Source of the DNA: Isurus oxyrinchus
Taxonomy: Eukaryota
Assembly (NCBI GenBank): GCA_026770705.1
Contig: JANJGN010000151.1
Location: 682,001-746,000 of the forward strand
Length of the DNA stretch: 64,000 nt
Direction of reading: 5' to 3'
Shown: positions 25,005-38,200 of the stretch, one piece after another
How positions within the stretch are numbered: the first letter of the stretch is position 1
How the letters are laid out: each line of letters opens with the position of its first letter
Translations under genes and position numbers: made by a program
Notes under the pieces: generated by a model
The model's database searches: none
Seen by the model: only the letters and a program-made list of their open reading frames with translations
What the model was told of the DNA's origin: nothing

Positions 25005-25340
25005 TGTTCCCCTTAGTTGAAGGGTCAGTCACGAGGGGACATAAGTTCAAGGTGAGGGGCAGGAGGTTTAGGGAGGATGTGAGGAAAAACTCTTTTACTC
25101 ACAGGGTGGTGACGGTCTGGAATGCGTTGCCTGGGAAGGTGATGGAGGCGGGTTGTCTCACATCTTCTAAAAAGTACCTGGGTGAGCACTTGGCACGTCA
25201 TAACATTCAAGCTTTTGGGCCACGTGCTGGTAAATGGGATTAGGTAGATAGGTCAGGTGTTTCTCACCTGTCGGTGCAGACTCGATGGGCCGAAGGGCCT
25301 CTTCTGTACCCTGTGATTCTGTGATTCTGTGATTCTCTGA
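25005..25340 (+). mobile_element. CR1 LINE 3' end
   Basis: RGRRFREDVRKNSFTHRVVTVWNALP followed by a (gattctgt)n tail. Confidence 0.9.
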
Positions 25341-25829
25341 GTCTGTGTGTGAATTCCAGAAACTATCTCAACTTCTAGAATCACTTTGATGATGTTAATT
25401 ATTTGACTGGATCTCATGCCTGGACAATGGCGTGCTGCGCCTGCAAAGCAGCTGATTGGATTTGCAACAATCCGCAAAAAGCATTTGAGCAGAGACCCGA
25501 AACAACTATTTTTCCCTGAGCGAGCAACGGAAGAGTGAGCACAGAGCAGCTTGCCCCTAAGTCAAACGAGGTTCATTAACTTACACTCGACTTTCTCCTC
25601 CATGTTTTGTTTACACATATCCTCCAAATCATGATGTTTGACGACCCAGTGTTCTCTGGGAAAATAAAACGGAAAACTCAGAATGGCAGCTATTTTCAGT
25701 AAAACGTAAAACAAAACAATCCACCATGTTAGTCGGAATGCTATTTTCTTGCTCTATGTGACCCAAAACAACGGTTTACTTCCAATGCTTGTTAAGTCAA
25801 AGGGGGATATGATCGTGTTAGCTTCAGTT

Positions 25830-26950
25830 ATCAGGCTGGCTGGCGGACAGCAGAAAGTGTGCATAAATGGCTCTTTTTCGGATTGCCAGGATGTGACGAG
25901 AAGAGTCCCACAGCGTTCTGTATGGGGCCTTATTTTTATACGATTTACATCAATGTCTTAGACGATGTGCTTGAAGACATGCTAGCTAAATTTGCAGGTG
26001 ACACAAAGATAGGTAGGAAAGTATGTTGCGATGTGGACATGAGGAGGTTGCAGATGGATATAGATAGATTGAGTGAGTGGGAAAAGACCTGGCAAATTGA
26101 ATTTAATGTGAGAAAACGTGAAGTTGTTTACTTTGGCAGGGAGAACAAAAAAAACAGAGTATTACTTAAATGGAGAACGACTGCATAATCCTGATGGGTG
26201 GAGGGATCTAGGTGTTCGAGTACACGAGTCACAAAAAGTTAATTTGCAGGTAGAGCAAGTACTAAAGAAGGCTAATGGAATGTTATTCTTTATTACGAGA
26301 GGGATTCAACATAAAAGTAAGGAAGTTATGTTTCAGTTATACAGGGCATTGGTGAGGCCGCACCTCGAATACTGTGTGCTGTTTTAGTCTCCTTATTTAA
26401 GGGAGGATGTAAATGCATGAGAGGCGGTTGAAAGGAGATTTTCTAGATTGATACCTGGAATGAGTGGGTTGGCTTATGAGGAAAGGTTGGACAAACTGGA
26501 CTTATTGCCACAGGAGTTTAGAAGAGTGAGGGGTGACTTGATTAAAGTATTCAAGATCCTGAACAGCCTTGACAATGTAGACATCGAAAAAACGTTTCCT
26601 CTTGTGGATGAGTCCAGAACTAGCGGGCACTACTTCAAAATTAGTGTTCGCCCTTTTAGGACAGAGATGAGGAGAATTTTCTTCTCTCAGAGGGTTGTAC
26701 GACCTTGGAACTCTGCATTGGAAGGCAGTGGAGGCGGGGTAGCCGAATATTTTTTAAGCAGAGGCAGATAGATTTTTGTCAGGCAAGGGGATCAACGGTT
26801 ACGGGGGTAAGATGGGAATGTGGAAATCAAAACACAAGAAGATCAGCCATGATCTTATTGAATATCGGAGCAGGTTCGAGGGGCCGAATGGTCTACTGCT
26901 GTTCCTGTTTCTTATTTAATTAATTCTTATTTCTTATTTAATCAATTCTT
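25830..26950 (+). mobile_element. CR1 LINE RT fragment and 3' end
   Basis: VPQ.SV.G, KFAGDTKIG, LYRALVRPHLEYC, RTEMRRIFFSQRVV. Confidence 0.93.
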
Positions 26951-27301
26951 ATTCCTTTGAAATCCTATTTTGTGATGGCTGTGTGTGAGAGTGGGAGAAG
27001 AGGTGTTGTTAAACGTTAACAGTGATTTCGACCATTTCAGCTGTATATCTCTTAAAATATTTAGGGAACGTTAAAGCATTTAAAAACGTAAAAAATACAC
27101 GAACTAACCTGACACAGAAAAGCACGATATAATGGGACACGTTGCAACGATTGGAAGAACCCGTGAGTCAATCTGTTTGTTCACTGATCTGTGACTGAGG
27201 TGTAGATTGTTCTTAACTGTCCCTCTGGAGACTCTCATTTAGAATAAAGGAGGGATGATTTTTTGCACAGCTGCGGTAATTCCTTGAGTTTCTGAGAGAC
27301 G

Positions 27302-27371
27302 ATGCACGGCCCAGCGAAAGGCCTCTTCTTCGCTATTTTCTATCCGATTCTCGCTCTTATTGGTGCTCCTG
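27302..27371 (+). CDS. GPR139/GPR142-like class A GPCR, coding exon 1
   Basis: ATG...MHGPAKGLFFAIFYPILALIGAP+G then GTAAGC donor. Phase 1 joins exon 2 to complete TM1 (GAPAN). Confidence 0.88.
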
Positions 27372-28114
27372 GTAAGCGATGGATCCCGAAAAAATGTTTG
27401 TCTCGATGTAAATCTCCGGAAGTTTGGTCTCTTAACTTTCAGGGTCTGAATGATAGGATCTGAAACCGAGCTCCAACGTATATAGGTGCTCTGGATGATA
27501 TTATACAGTGTTATGGTTGATTATGCTGCGCTATTTGTGCTAGCATTGTGGGGCATTACAAAATATTATTCAATTTATTATGCAGCACATTTAGAGAAAT
27601 GCCTTTTATTAGAATGCTGAGATATGAGTTGCAGAGCTTGGCTTTGCCTGGACATTAACCTGTTATATAGTTGAACATTGGGTTATATTCCAATCCAGTC
27701 AAATGCAATCCAGCGTTTTGAGTGTTGTGCGGGATCATCGAGTATCTGAATGTACTGACCTGCATTCCTGCATTCTCTGATTTTATCAATATATCAGAAA
27801 GTGAATAATTACAGTGTTATCATATATATTAGATAAATTGTATTATAAAATACTTTTAATGATAACACAAATATACAATGCGATCTCTAGAATAATGTAA
27901 TAGTTACGGAATAATGAGTTCCCACTGGACCGTTCTTATTAGGAATTAAGGTCTTAGGAATTAATTATGGAAATGTTTGAAAAAGGTGAGTGGAGATTCA
28001 AGATTTTTAATTTGTTATGGATATTTTAGGCCTTGTGAATTTTGGTTAATTATATTTTTAATCATTAGCGGGATGCAGGTGTCCATGACAAGGTCAACAT
28101 TTTTTGCTCATTCA

Positions 28115-28245
28115 GATAAAAGCAAAACACTGTGGATGGTGGAAATCTGAAATTAAATCAGGAGACTCTGGAAAACTCAGCAGGTCTAGCAGCATCTGTA
28201 GAGAGATCAATAGAATCAAGGTTTCCAGTCCGTTTGACCCCTCTT
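28115..28245 (-). mobile_element. Penelope-like 3' end fragment in the GPCR intron
   Basis: ggaaaactcagcaggtctagcagcatctgtagaga matches 48705-48790. Confidence 0.7.
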
Positions 28246-28260
28246 TTTTATCACTCACAG

Positions 28261-29180
28261 CGAACTTTTTGGGGATTGTAATCCTATCCCAAGGGCAATG
28301 CGGACTGTCCTGTTGCATCACCTACTACTTGGTGGCGATAGCAGTGAGCGATTTCCTGGTCATCATCACCGCCGTCATCCTCAATCGGATCGGCCGGATC
28401 TACTTTCAGGACAGTGTCCTGTCCACCACTCCCGCATGCGCACTTAGTGCCGTGCTGGTCTTTGCCACCCGGGATGGCTCAGTCTGGCTGACAGTCGCCT
28501 TCACCATCGACCGTTTCGTGGCCATCTGCTGTCAGAGTCTGAAGACCAGATACTGCACTGAGAAAACTGCGTTGCTGGTTATAGGGTTGGTCAGTGCCCT
28601 AAGCTGCTTGAGGAACATCCCTCATTACTTCACCTACCAGCCTTTGTACATCCAGGATGGGGTGCCCTGGTTCTGTGCAGTTAAGCCTACCTATTACACT
28701 TTGCCCGCCTGGCAGGTCTACGACTGGCTGGACCACATCTTAACTCCTTTCCTCCCGTTCGTCCTCATTCTGCTGCTCAATGCCCTGACCATAAGGCACA
28801 TCTTAGCGGCCAGCAGAGCCCGCAGGAGGCTCCGGGGCGCCGAAGGTGACGGAGACCAGGAGATGGCTAACCGCAAGCGGTCCATTGTCCTGCTTTTCGC
28901 CATCTCCCTCAGCTTCCTCCTCCTGTGGGTCACCTTTGTTGGACATTTCCTCTACATCTGGATTACAGGCGAGGGCTACCTGACCAGCCTGAATTTCAAT
29001 GACCCGCGATACATCCTCCAGGAGACAGCCAACATGCTCCAGTTAGTCAGTTCCTGCAACAACGTCTTCATCTATGCAGTGGCCCAGAAAAGGTTCCGGG
29101 AGGAGCTGAAGAAGCTGCTGATGTGCCCCTTCACCACCGTCACTGGTTGTTTTAAACATGGTATAACGTTCTCTCGTTAA
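28261..29180 (+). CDS. GPR139/GPR142-like class A GPCR, coding exon 2 (329 aa spliced)
   Basis: Acceptor ctcacag at 28260. Uninterrupted 7TM frame with YLVAIAVSD (TM2), AFTIDRFVAIC (TM3), PF..ILLLN (TM5), SSCNNVFIY (TM7), FREEL (helix 8). Confidence 0.95.
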
Positions 29181-29217
29181 TTCTCTTTCATCATCATGGT
29201 TCACTATGTAGCAGCTC

Positions 29218-29239
29218 TATCTCTCTCTCTCTCTCTCCT

Positions 29240-29272
<33 letters not shown>
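29218..29272. repeat. (CT)n microsatellite
   Basis: Direct. Confidence 0.9.
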
Positions 29273-29275
<3 letters not shown>

Positions 29276-29689
29276 CAGAACCAGAAAGACCTGGGCTGTA
29301 ACGCTTGAGAGATGTTAGCCTCATACTCCAGTGCTGACAGTGTCCCTTTGGCCCTGAATGAACACTGAACTATCGCAGTCGCTGCCTGCCTGTTTGAGAC
29401 ACTAAACCACTGTGAGTATCTGCCCTCTCATGTGGAATGTGAATATCCCATGGTCGCAATTTCAAAAAGGAGCAGGAAGAGCTTTCCCCAGGTTCCTACA
29501 ATAATTGTCCCTCATTTAACACCATTGAAAACAGCGATCTGATTATTTCTCCAATTATATTTGTGGAATCTTGCATTTGCTGACGTGTTTCCCACATGAC
29601 ACGGGGGGAAACACTTGATTGGCAGGAAAGCACCAGGAAATCCTGAGGTCGTTTTTTTTTCCATTTTTCTTTATCTATCCATTTATCTT

Positions 29690-29765
29690 TCTCTCTTCCT
29701 TTCTTCCTTCTTTTCTTTCTTTCTTTCTTTCTTTCTTTCTTTATTGTTCCTTCCTTTCTTTCTTT
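29690..29765. repeat. (TTTC)n microsatellite running into a gap
   Basis: Direct. Confidence 0.9.
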
Positions 29766-30413
29766 NNNNNNNNNNNNNNNNNNNNNNNNNNNNNNNNNNN
29801 NNNNNNNNNNNNNNNNNNNNNNNNNNNNNNNNNNNNNNNNNNNNNNNNNNNNNNNNNNNNNNNNNNNNNNNNNNNNNNNNNNNNNNNNNNNNNNNNNNNN
29901 NNNNNNNNNNNNNNNNNNNNNNNNNNNNNNNNNNNNNNNNNNNNNNNNNNNNNNNNNNNNNNNNNNNNNNNNNNNNNNNNNNNNNNNNNNNNNNNNNNNN
30001 NNNNNNNNNNNNNNNNNNNNNNNNNNNNNNNNNNNNNNNNNNNNNNNNNNNNNNNNNNNNNNNNNNNNNNNNNNNNNNNNNNNNNNNNNNNNNNNNNNNN
30101 NNNNNNNNNNNNNNNNNNNNNNNNNNNNNNNNNNNNNNNNNNNNNNNNNNNNNNNNNNNNNNNNNNNNNNNNNNNNNNNNNNNNNNNNNNNNNNNNNNNN
30201 NNNNNNNNNNNNNNNNNNNNNNNNNNNNNNNNNNNNNNNNNNNNNNNNNNNNNNNNNNNNNNNNNNNNNNNNNNNNNNNNNNNNNNNNNNNNNNNNNNNN
30301 NNNNNNNNNNNNNNNNNNNNNNNNNNNNNNNNNNNNNNNNNNNNNNNNNNNNNNNNNNNNNNNNNNNNNNNNNNNNNNNNNNNNNNNNNNNNNNNNNNNN
30401 NNNNNNNNNNNNN
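29766..30413. other. Assembly gap
   Basis: N run. Confidence 1.
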
Positions 30414-31039
30414 CTTCACAGACACAAGTTCCACTAACGTTATTCTTAACACTTAAAACAAAGTATTTGATGGGATGGGAAGTGGGATTTTTGAGCATTG
30501 AATTGTGATCTGGCTTCTGCTTCATGAAAGGGAGCTGGACGCACATTCAATAACAAGTTTCAAAAGTTAATTTAGTAAATTCTAGGGTGACATTTGATTA
30601 AGAACAAGTAACAATAACTAACTGGCTTGCTCTTTCATAGACCGGCAACTGATCTGCTCCTTTGCTTTATGGTTGCAAACAGCAATATTCACGACCTCCG
30701 GCCATACGAACCATCTCTCTCGGTGAATAAAGTGCTTTTCAAGAAACGCTAAAACAAATTTGTGCAGCTGGAGGTCCCTAATATCATGCTTATCAATGAA
30801 AACCATCGATCAGTTCATCGTTGTTTGGGATGAGGAGCTTATCTTATGAAGAAATCTTGAATAATTTGGATCAATAGCCAGTGGAATTTAAAATAATAAA
30901 AGATGAACTTAGCGAAATATGTAGGAGCCTGAGGTGGGTGGGAGGTGGGTGGTGGGGGGGGGGGGGGGTGGGGGGGGGGGCGGGGGGCGGTGGGGGGAGA
31001 GAGAGAGAGAGGTAGGGGGGATAATACGGGTAGGCTGGT

Positions 31040-31410
31040 GTTGTGTCTTGACAAGGTAGATACCGGGAGCATGTTTCCACTTCCGGGAGTGACCAGAACT
31101 AGGGGACAGAGTTTAGGATTAAGGGACCTACCTTTAAGGGGCAGATGAGGAGATTTATTCTTCTCTCAGAGGGTTGTTTGTATGTGGAATTCTCTTTCTT
31201 AGAAAGCAGTGGAGGCTGGTCATTAAATATATTCAAGGGTGAGTTATGTTGTGCTAATACCATAAGTTAGGCAGATTTTTGATAGGCAAGGGAGTTAGGG
31301 GCCAGACGGGAATATGGAATAGGACCACAAACAGATCAGCCATGAATGTATGGAATGGTGGATCAGGTTCTGTGGGCTGAACGGCCCACTCTTGCTTAAA
31401 GTCCCATAGT
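31040..31410 (+). mobile_element. CR1 LINE 3' end
   Basis: LDKVDTGSMFPL..TRTRG and ttctctcagagggttg. Confidence 0.8.
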
Positions 31411-31429
31411 CATATATTGATTTGTTTGG

Positions 31430-31870
31430 CGACAGAGTGTTGATGGGTGCGGGTGGTCTGAAACACAGAATGACAATGACATGGCCCAGTATATCATAAA
31501 CAGCGACATGGGACAGCCTAATCTGATAAGAGTTAAACAATTGTCAAATGTAACATGAACAGAGCCAAAATGTGCCCTCACCTAATCACAGAATAAGATC
31601 TAATCTCATAAAAAGTGATCTGGTTTAATCTAATAGGCCCAAGATCTATTAATTCAATAACAGAGATAGAAACTAAGCTAATGTAAAAGTGGACATTCTC
31701 TACTTCACTGAAAACTGATGCAGGGACTTGCATAACGTAAACAGAGACAAGCTCAATTACAATAATAAATGAAAACAGGTCTTGTGTGACGTAAGCAATG
31801 GTATTTCCTTGCAATCTATGAAATAAGGCAGGGTCTAATGCGATATTACCAGCAACATGCATTTGTAAAC
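31430..31870 (+). repeat. Degenerate ~27-bp tandem repeat block
   Basis: Same motif as 13965-15760. Confidence 0.55.
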
Positions 31871-32600
31871 ATTCAGAATGATGTGTTTTGTGCTTTCTAC
31901 ACACTTCTACTCTACATACGAATTATGCAAACATGCATAATGCAACACATGTGTACATGGTTTACTTTTACACACGCACATACACACAAATACAGACACA
32001 CACACAGACACACACACAGAATTGATAGGCCAGAACACCAACATGAATTAGTAGACTTTTGCACACCACATTTGTCTCTAATAGTGCAACTTACGGCGCT
32101 CACAATAAGGGACTAATCCCGCTTCCTTCTCGGAGATTGTTAAAAGATTCACCCAGCTTCTCCACCACTTATTACATCCTGAGGATCTCAGAAAGCGGCA
32201 AGTTCATACTTGTTTTCAAATATAGTCGATATTATAGGGTAGAAATATTATTTACACAGGGAGAGGTGGGAAGGTACAATTATTTGTCAGGAAGTTTTGC
32301 CAATCTGAGCCTATCGGGAATAAAGATATTGCGGAATCCAGATAGTTTCTGGAAAATTTCAATTTGTGGCCAATAGCAAAAATTCCATTCTGTCACAAAA
32401 TGATCATCATATCTCAACATCTGTTTATGAATTATTTGAGGAACCAATCTGGATGAAGGAATTGCTAGTCTTTTTCGTCGGACTACCAGGTGCCATTGGA
32501 CCATGAAATGCAATGATTCCCAGAGCTCATTGTCTAACCCTCCTTTGTTACGTGCTTTCTACACACTTCTACTCTACATGCATAATGCAACACATGCGTA

Positions 32601-32745
32601 NNNNNNNNNNNNNNNNNNNNNNNNNNNNNNNNNNNNNNNNNNNNNNNNNNNNNNNNNNNNNNNNNNNNNNNNNNNNNNNNNNNNNNNNNNNNNNNNNNNN
32701 NNNNNNNNNNNNNNNNNNNNNNNNNNNNNNNNNNNNNNNNNNNNN
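32601..32745. other. Assembly gap
   Basis: N run. Confidence 1.
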
Positions 32746-33469
32746 GCCAGCGTGAATTAGTAGACTTTCACACCACCACATTTGTCTCTAAATAGTGCAA
32801 CGTTCGGCGCTCACAATAAGGGACTAATCCCGCTTCCTTCTCGGAGATTGTTAAAAGATTCACCCCAACTGCAAATTATGTACGAGCTCTTGGCCTGAAT
32901 ATACCATTGTATGAAGTGAAGTGTCACGGAACAATGATGTTTCCTGTTATCTCCCTGGCACCAGTAAACGGGTGCTTCAGCACGTTTTCACCAAAGGTGA
33001 AATGCTGGAGCGCCAACCTGCGGAAAACAATGACTCTGAATTTCGACACGAATATTGCTGCATGAATTTGCTGAACTGTTATTACGTGAGACTGTAATGA
33101 ATGTTATTACTTTGATTATACTGTTATTATAACTTCTCTACGTATTCTTTTCTATTCGCTGCCGTTGCTCGTTTACATCAGTTGTGAGATTATTTGTCTC
33201 AGTTCTCTTATGTGCCCAATTAATTAAAACAATATATGCTCATTTGCATTCTCCTTAATGTTTCCACCATTATAAGGTTAGGTTGCAATTTGGTTAAAAA
33301 AAATCAGCCTGACCAATTCATTAAGCATCAAAGGTGGACACAAAGTTGAATAGGTCCATCAATTACGGGAGATGGGTATTTGTTATTTCTCTGTTTGTGT
33401 GTGTATGTGTGTGTATGCGTGTGTACGTGCTGTTCACCAGCCAAGCATGTCACTCAGGGTCATCATTAG

Positions 33470-33710
33470 TTACTCACCGAGAAATTCTCCCTCCACACTA
33501 CCCTATAAAACACTGACAGGACAGGTGCTCCACGGTTATGATACAAAATAAATCTCATTCTGCACTGCTCAAACACTCTTATCCAGAGTCAGTACCGCAT
33601 GGGTTAAATACAGAATAAAATCTACCTCTGCACTGTCCTAAAAACAATTACAGGACAGATAGAACAGGGATGAGCTGCAGGGTGAATCTCCCTCTACACT
33701 CTACCATCAA
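33470..33710 (-). repeat. Satellite units, inverted copy of the 8065-8430 family
   Basis: gggttaaatacagaataaaatctacctctgcactgtcc and similar units. Confidence 0.7.
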
Positions 33711-33970
33711 AGACACCTAGTCCACTCACCACGAATGAATGTGGATATATTCTGGTTTGATGAGCACGGATTACGTGCGAAGTTGTGAAATTAATTAACT
33801 TGTATCTTCTAAATCATCTGAAATAATATGTTATTCTATTGAATTACTGAGATGGTGTACTTTACACATCGAAATTACATTTCTAAAGGCTTGTGTGTCT
33901 CTCACACCTGAAGCCCGTGACTTGTTGTCTCCTCAGTCCCCATGCCCAGTAAGTTCTCATATATGCTCCT

Positions 33971-34230
33971 TGTTCATATATGCTCATAAATGCTCTTCGT
34001 TTCACGGTATCTCACTTCACTGTAACATAACGTAGAGTCTTGGCAGTTGAGTCGTGTTAATAGTGAAAGTGGTGGAGGCTACCTCACGGTTCACAGATAC
34101 TGTGAACCTTCTGCCAATTCATCTCTGTATGTGAAGACAAGATACTCGGGAGCTTAATTGGAGAATTGCCAGCACCAGAATACGAGTTCTGGCCCGATAC
34201 GTCGATATCTGAAATGTCTCCTTGTGACAA
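33971..34230 (-). pseudogene. TCR V pseudogene
   Basis: ELVFWCWQFSN*APEYLVF, RRFTVSVNREVASTTFTINTTQL, DSTLCYSEVR. RSS TACCGTG (34003-34009), 23 bp, ATATGAACA. Confidence 0.8.
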
Positions 34231-34301
34231 GAGCAGCCAAAACAAGAGTAACATTAAATTAATGATATATGCAAGCAGAAGTAAATAAAGTGTTTGCGGA
34301 T

Positions 34302-34451
34302 NNNNNNNNNNNNNNNNNNNNNNNNNNNNNNNNNNNNNNNNNNNNNNNNNNNNNNNNNNNNNNNNNNNNNNNNNNNNNNNNNNNNNNNNNNNNNNNNNNN
34401 NNNNNNNNNNNNNNNNNNNNNNNNNNNNNNNNNNNNNNNNNNNNNNNNNNN
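34302..34451. other. Assembly gap
   Basis: N run. Confidence 1.
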
Positions 34452-34830
34452 TAACTATTCATCCTTCGATCTATTCGCCTGCCTTACTTTCTGTGTGCCT
34501 GCCTGTCTCCCTGTATATCTATCGACTTATCCAACTGTCTGTCTATATATTTATTTTGTGTGTTTCTAACTTTCTCCCGCATCTCTATCGATCTAAGTAT
34601 CTGAGGGCAAGAGTTATTTTTCTGTCTGTCTTATCATTTTCTAAGTTGAACAACCACACATAGAATGTTTACTTAATATGTTTCGATAATCTGTAGCTGT
34701 AACACCAGCTATAGGATGTTGTAACTTTAATTTTAAACATGGGAACGTAACATTCCTGAATATCACCAGCATTTCTAAAAGTCCTGGGTTCGGGAAAGGT
34801 TAATGGTGCAGCGGACACACGGCAGTGAAA

Positions 34831-35240
34831 AAGTCATTGGAAAGCAGAATCTGACTTTGTCTCACTGTGTCCCCATTGCACAGTAACAAGCTCTGACGCC
34901 CTGGGCCGCAGTGTTAACTATAGACATGGTATTGAACGTCTTAACTCGGTCAAAGGACAGTGTGTAGCGTCCTTTGGACATATTCCCCTGGTAAATCGAG
35001 GCGATAAATTTCGCAGCCTCTGTCGGTATTTGTCTGTACCAGGCAACCGAGAGCCGATAATCCAGTTCAATCCGTTCCCCTTCTCGAGATAACACCTGCT
35101 CAGGGTAGGAGCTCTGATCCTCACACTGAACACTGTGAACAAAAGAAAAGTCACTCACAAACTTAACGGTATTAAGACATTATAAAAAAAATCGTGAAAT
35201 AAAGAAACTGACACAATATCAACTGCAACCGGGCTTCAAC
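34831..35240 (-). pseudogene. TCR V pseudogene
   Basis: VQCEDQSSYPEQVLSREGERIEL..AWYRQIP...CYCAMG with Cys23/CDR1 deleted and the acceptor phase broken. Heptamer CACAGTG at 34863-34869, nonamer decayed. Confidence 0.85.
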
Positions 35241-38200
35241 TGAAAACAGGCCTTTGAGGGAATTTCTGTTCGTGACGATGAGGATGGGCAAAAGGCGGAA
35301 CAATCAGGGTCTGATCTGCAGAGTGATGCTGGCTGCCGAGCCCAGGACCCTCAGTGGTGGGGAGGGGAGGACGAGGAGACGGGAGAGCTTTACATTCTCC
35401 TCGTACCGCGGGAGACTGATGGGCGACATTCGCACCGATTGGACTGTTATGGGATGTTATCTGACGGAACTCACGGTGCCACTGAGCGATTGGTAGTTTC
35501 TCAAACCAGAGACCACTTGAACTGTCACAACTCACGAATTTCTCTGCTTCCGGTGTATCAACGGGTTAAATCGTTTCATAAGATTTGTTCTCTGTTGTCT
35601 TTCTAACTGAAAAGACCCATTCGCCATTATAGAATCATAGAGTCTTCCAGCAAAAAGAAGGGCAATTCGGCTCACCATCCATGTGCTGAATCTCTGGAAG
35701 AGTTATCCATTTACTCTTAATTATCTGCCAGTGGTCTGCAAGTTTTGTCTTCTTAAATTCCCGTTTACTGGACAAATATTTATCCATTTCCTCTTTAAAT
35801 AATACTTAAAAATTCTGCCTCCATCACTGTTTCTCATGGACAATCATATCTTCTAACAGTGCACTGCTCAAACTACATAAATAATCGACACTCGATAACC
35901 TGAAATGATGGCATCCAGTTACCCACTGAGCGAAAAGCCGGATTAACACTATTCTTTTCTGACCTTTTAAAACCTTCCTGCATTGGACATAAGTCTGTCA
36001 GACCAGTTCTTAACATTCCCTCTCATGGTGAAAAGATCGCCAGTAGCTCAAGTATTTGTATTAGCATCCCTCGCCTTGCTTTATCTTTCTCACTCAGTCC
36101 TACACTCTGATTTTCAGGTTAACACCAAGCGAAAGAGGAGATCTGAAACTGGCCCAAGTGTTTGAACTGCGTTCTCAGCAATGATGAGTGCAGCTTTATC
36201 CTTGTCTTTTTGTGTTCTACATTCCACATCCCTGTTTACAACCTCGGATTATTTAGCTCTTTAAAGCAATCAGCAGCTTGTTCCCCACGTTCAGCATCTG
36301 AATCCTGAATTATTTCTCGTCCTCTACTGGTTTAGATTAATATCTATTTCTTAGTTCCTCTCGCATTTCATTTACTTTACATTTTGTGTTTTTTTTTAGA
36401 CAGACAGAAATGTTTGGTTGCACTTTGGACCATTTTCTCATTTATTCTTCTGGCGTTCACTAATTGTCCTTTCTTTCCTCTATTTGCAGGAAGAGACCGA
36501 ATGGGCAGACGCGCCACCTACTGGTTTTTCGAGTAAGTTTGGTAAGTCGAATCTGTCAAACTCGATATCAGATCCTGAAATGTCCTATTTTAAAAATTTA
36601 CTTTACTGTGGAGGGATTAGCTGCTACGTGAGGCACTTAGCTGAAGTGGTAAATATGGTTAAATATTGTAGATATTGCCTTTTTATCTATTTCATTTGAA
36701 GAGAGAGTAAATGATAAAAATTATGTTTAACTAACAATAAAAACATGCATCCTCGGTATATTCGGGCGTTGATGGTAATTCTGGTCCTTATTGTCCATCT
36801 GCAAGTGAACGCTCCAATGTCTGGACATCACTACGTGACACTTCAAAAATGTCGCCCGCCTTGTTTGGTGTATCTCACTGAACACATGCCCCATGTGGGC
36901 AGAGAATTCAGTAGGGAAGTGAGCAATACCAATGGGATGTTTAACATCCAGCCAACAAGGACACAAGTCAAAGGAAGCCCTGAATGAAAAGTAGCAAGGC
37001 GTAGTCGGACCATACTCCATGAACACCGTTTTTAGTTACCTCTGCCAAGTACGAATGAGGTTATTGAAGCTTGGCGGTAGTGCAGGGGTGATGCAGGAGG
37101 CTGATTCTTCAGTTTGAAGAGTTTGTGTTGAGAGGAAAAACAAAGCCAGTTTTGTTAGCACTATTACCAACTGATTGTTGGTCGCACAGAGACTGAAAGC
37201 CGGATGAAAAAGCCTTCGCTTTAAATTACAGAGTCCAAAACCAGAGAATTTCTTTAGTAATAACTGGGGGGGAATTGTAGGGGTTCTGGGTTGCCTGGAA
37301 GAACAAATTAAGATGGGTTAAACGGCTGTCTCGTCCGCCAGTACCTTATGACATTGAAATTGGTATGCGGCAGTGTTAACGCCAAAATCACGAATGAGCC
37401 TCTTGTGATGATGTGAGGCAAATTACCCTTCCACGGTTTATGCACTTTGCCAATTAAAGCAGCAGCAACCTCTTGTGTGGTGATCGACTGTGTCTATCTC
37501 TCTGTACGCGCTTATGTGTAAATGTATATTTATCCGTCTGCATCTGTGCGGGTTTCCAACTTTCACGGTGAGGCTTGTGCTGTCCGGCGGAGGGCGCTCT
37601 CTCATCACTTGATAATGATCAAGATCCCCAGCTACAGGAAGTGGCTGTTCAGCGAGATGCAAATGGAAGAAATTCGCACTTATCTGCTCAGATCTCGGCG
37701 ACGTTACAGTTTTATTTTCCCCCAGGTGATTAAAGTTTCAGATTCTGGAGCTCAGGCTGGCACCACGGAAGCGAAGTTCTGCCTATTTTTGGTTATTGCT
37801 CTGACCATTGGTCTGTGATATTGGGACTTCTCTACAATATTTCCCCATAACTGCATAATTTCCCAACTCCACCCCAAGGTGATTGCTTCGTTAAAACCGT
37901 TGTTTGTCCTCTGTTTATTATCAGAGATGGGTAACGGGGATTCAGTGTCCCATCCAAAGCCAGAAGTCGCGTCAGAATGATACCTGGGAATTTACATAGA
38001 AAATACAGGAGAAAATACGTCCTGATCCTATCGGGATTCTCTGGCTAATATCATTATTTTCAGAATAAGGAAAAGTGTAATTTCTCAAGCATTTTAAATT
38101 ACGGTCAAGTTCGGATATTTCAAACCGTAGTGTTAGCAGAGACCTGTAGATTTCGGAATGAATAACAGAATCAGTTGCTGCACGAGTCGGTTTTTGGGTG

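Noticed and set aside
28104-28260. N-terminal 52 aa of the 358-aa GPCR ORF
   Set aside because: Intronic Penelope-derived sequence upstream of the acceptor. The true start is exon 1 at 27302.
29496-30546. Long ORFs containing X
   Set aside because: Artefacts of N gaps and microsatellites (also at 32503-32781 and 34259-34569)
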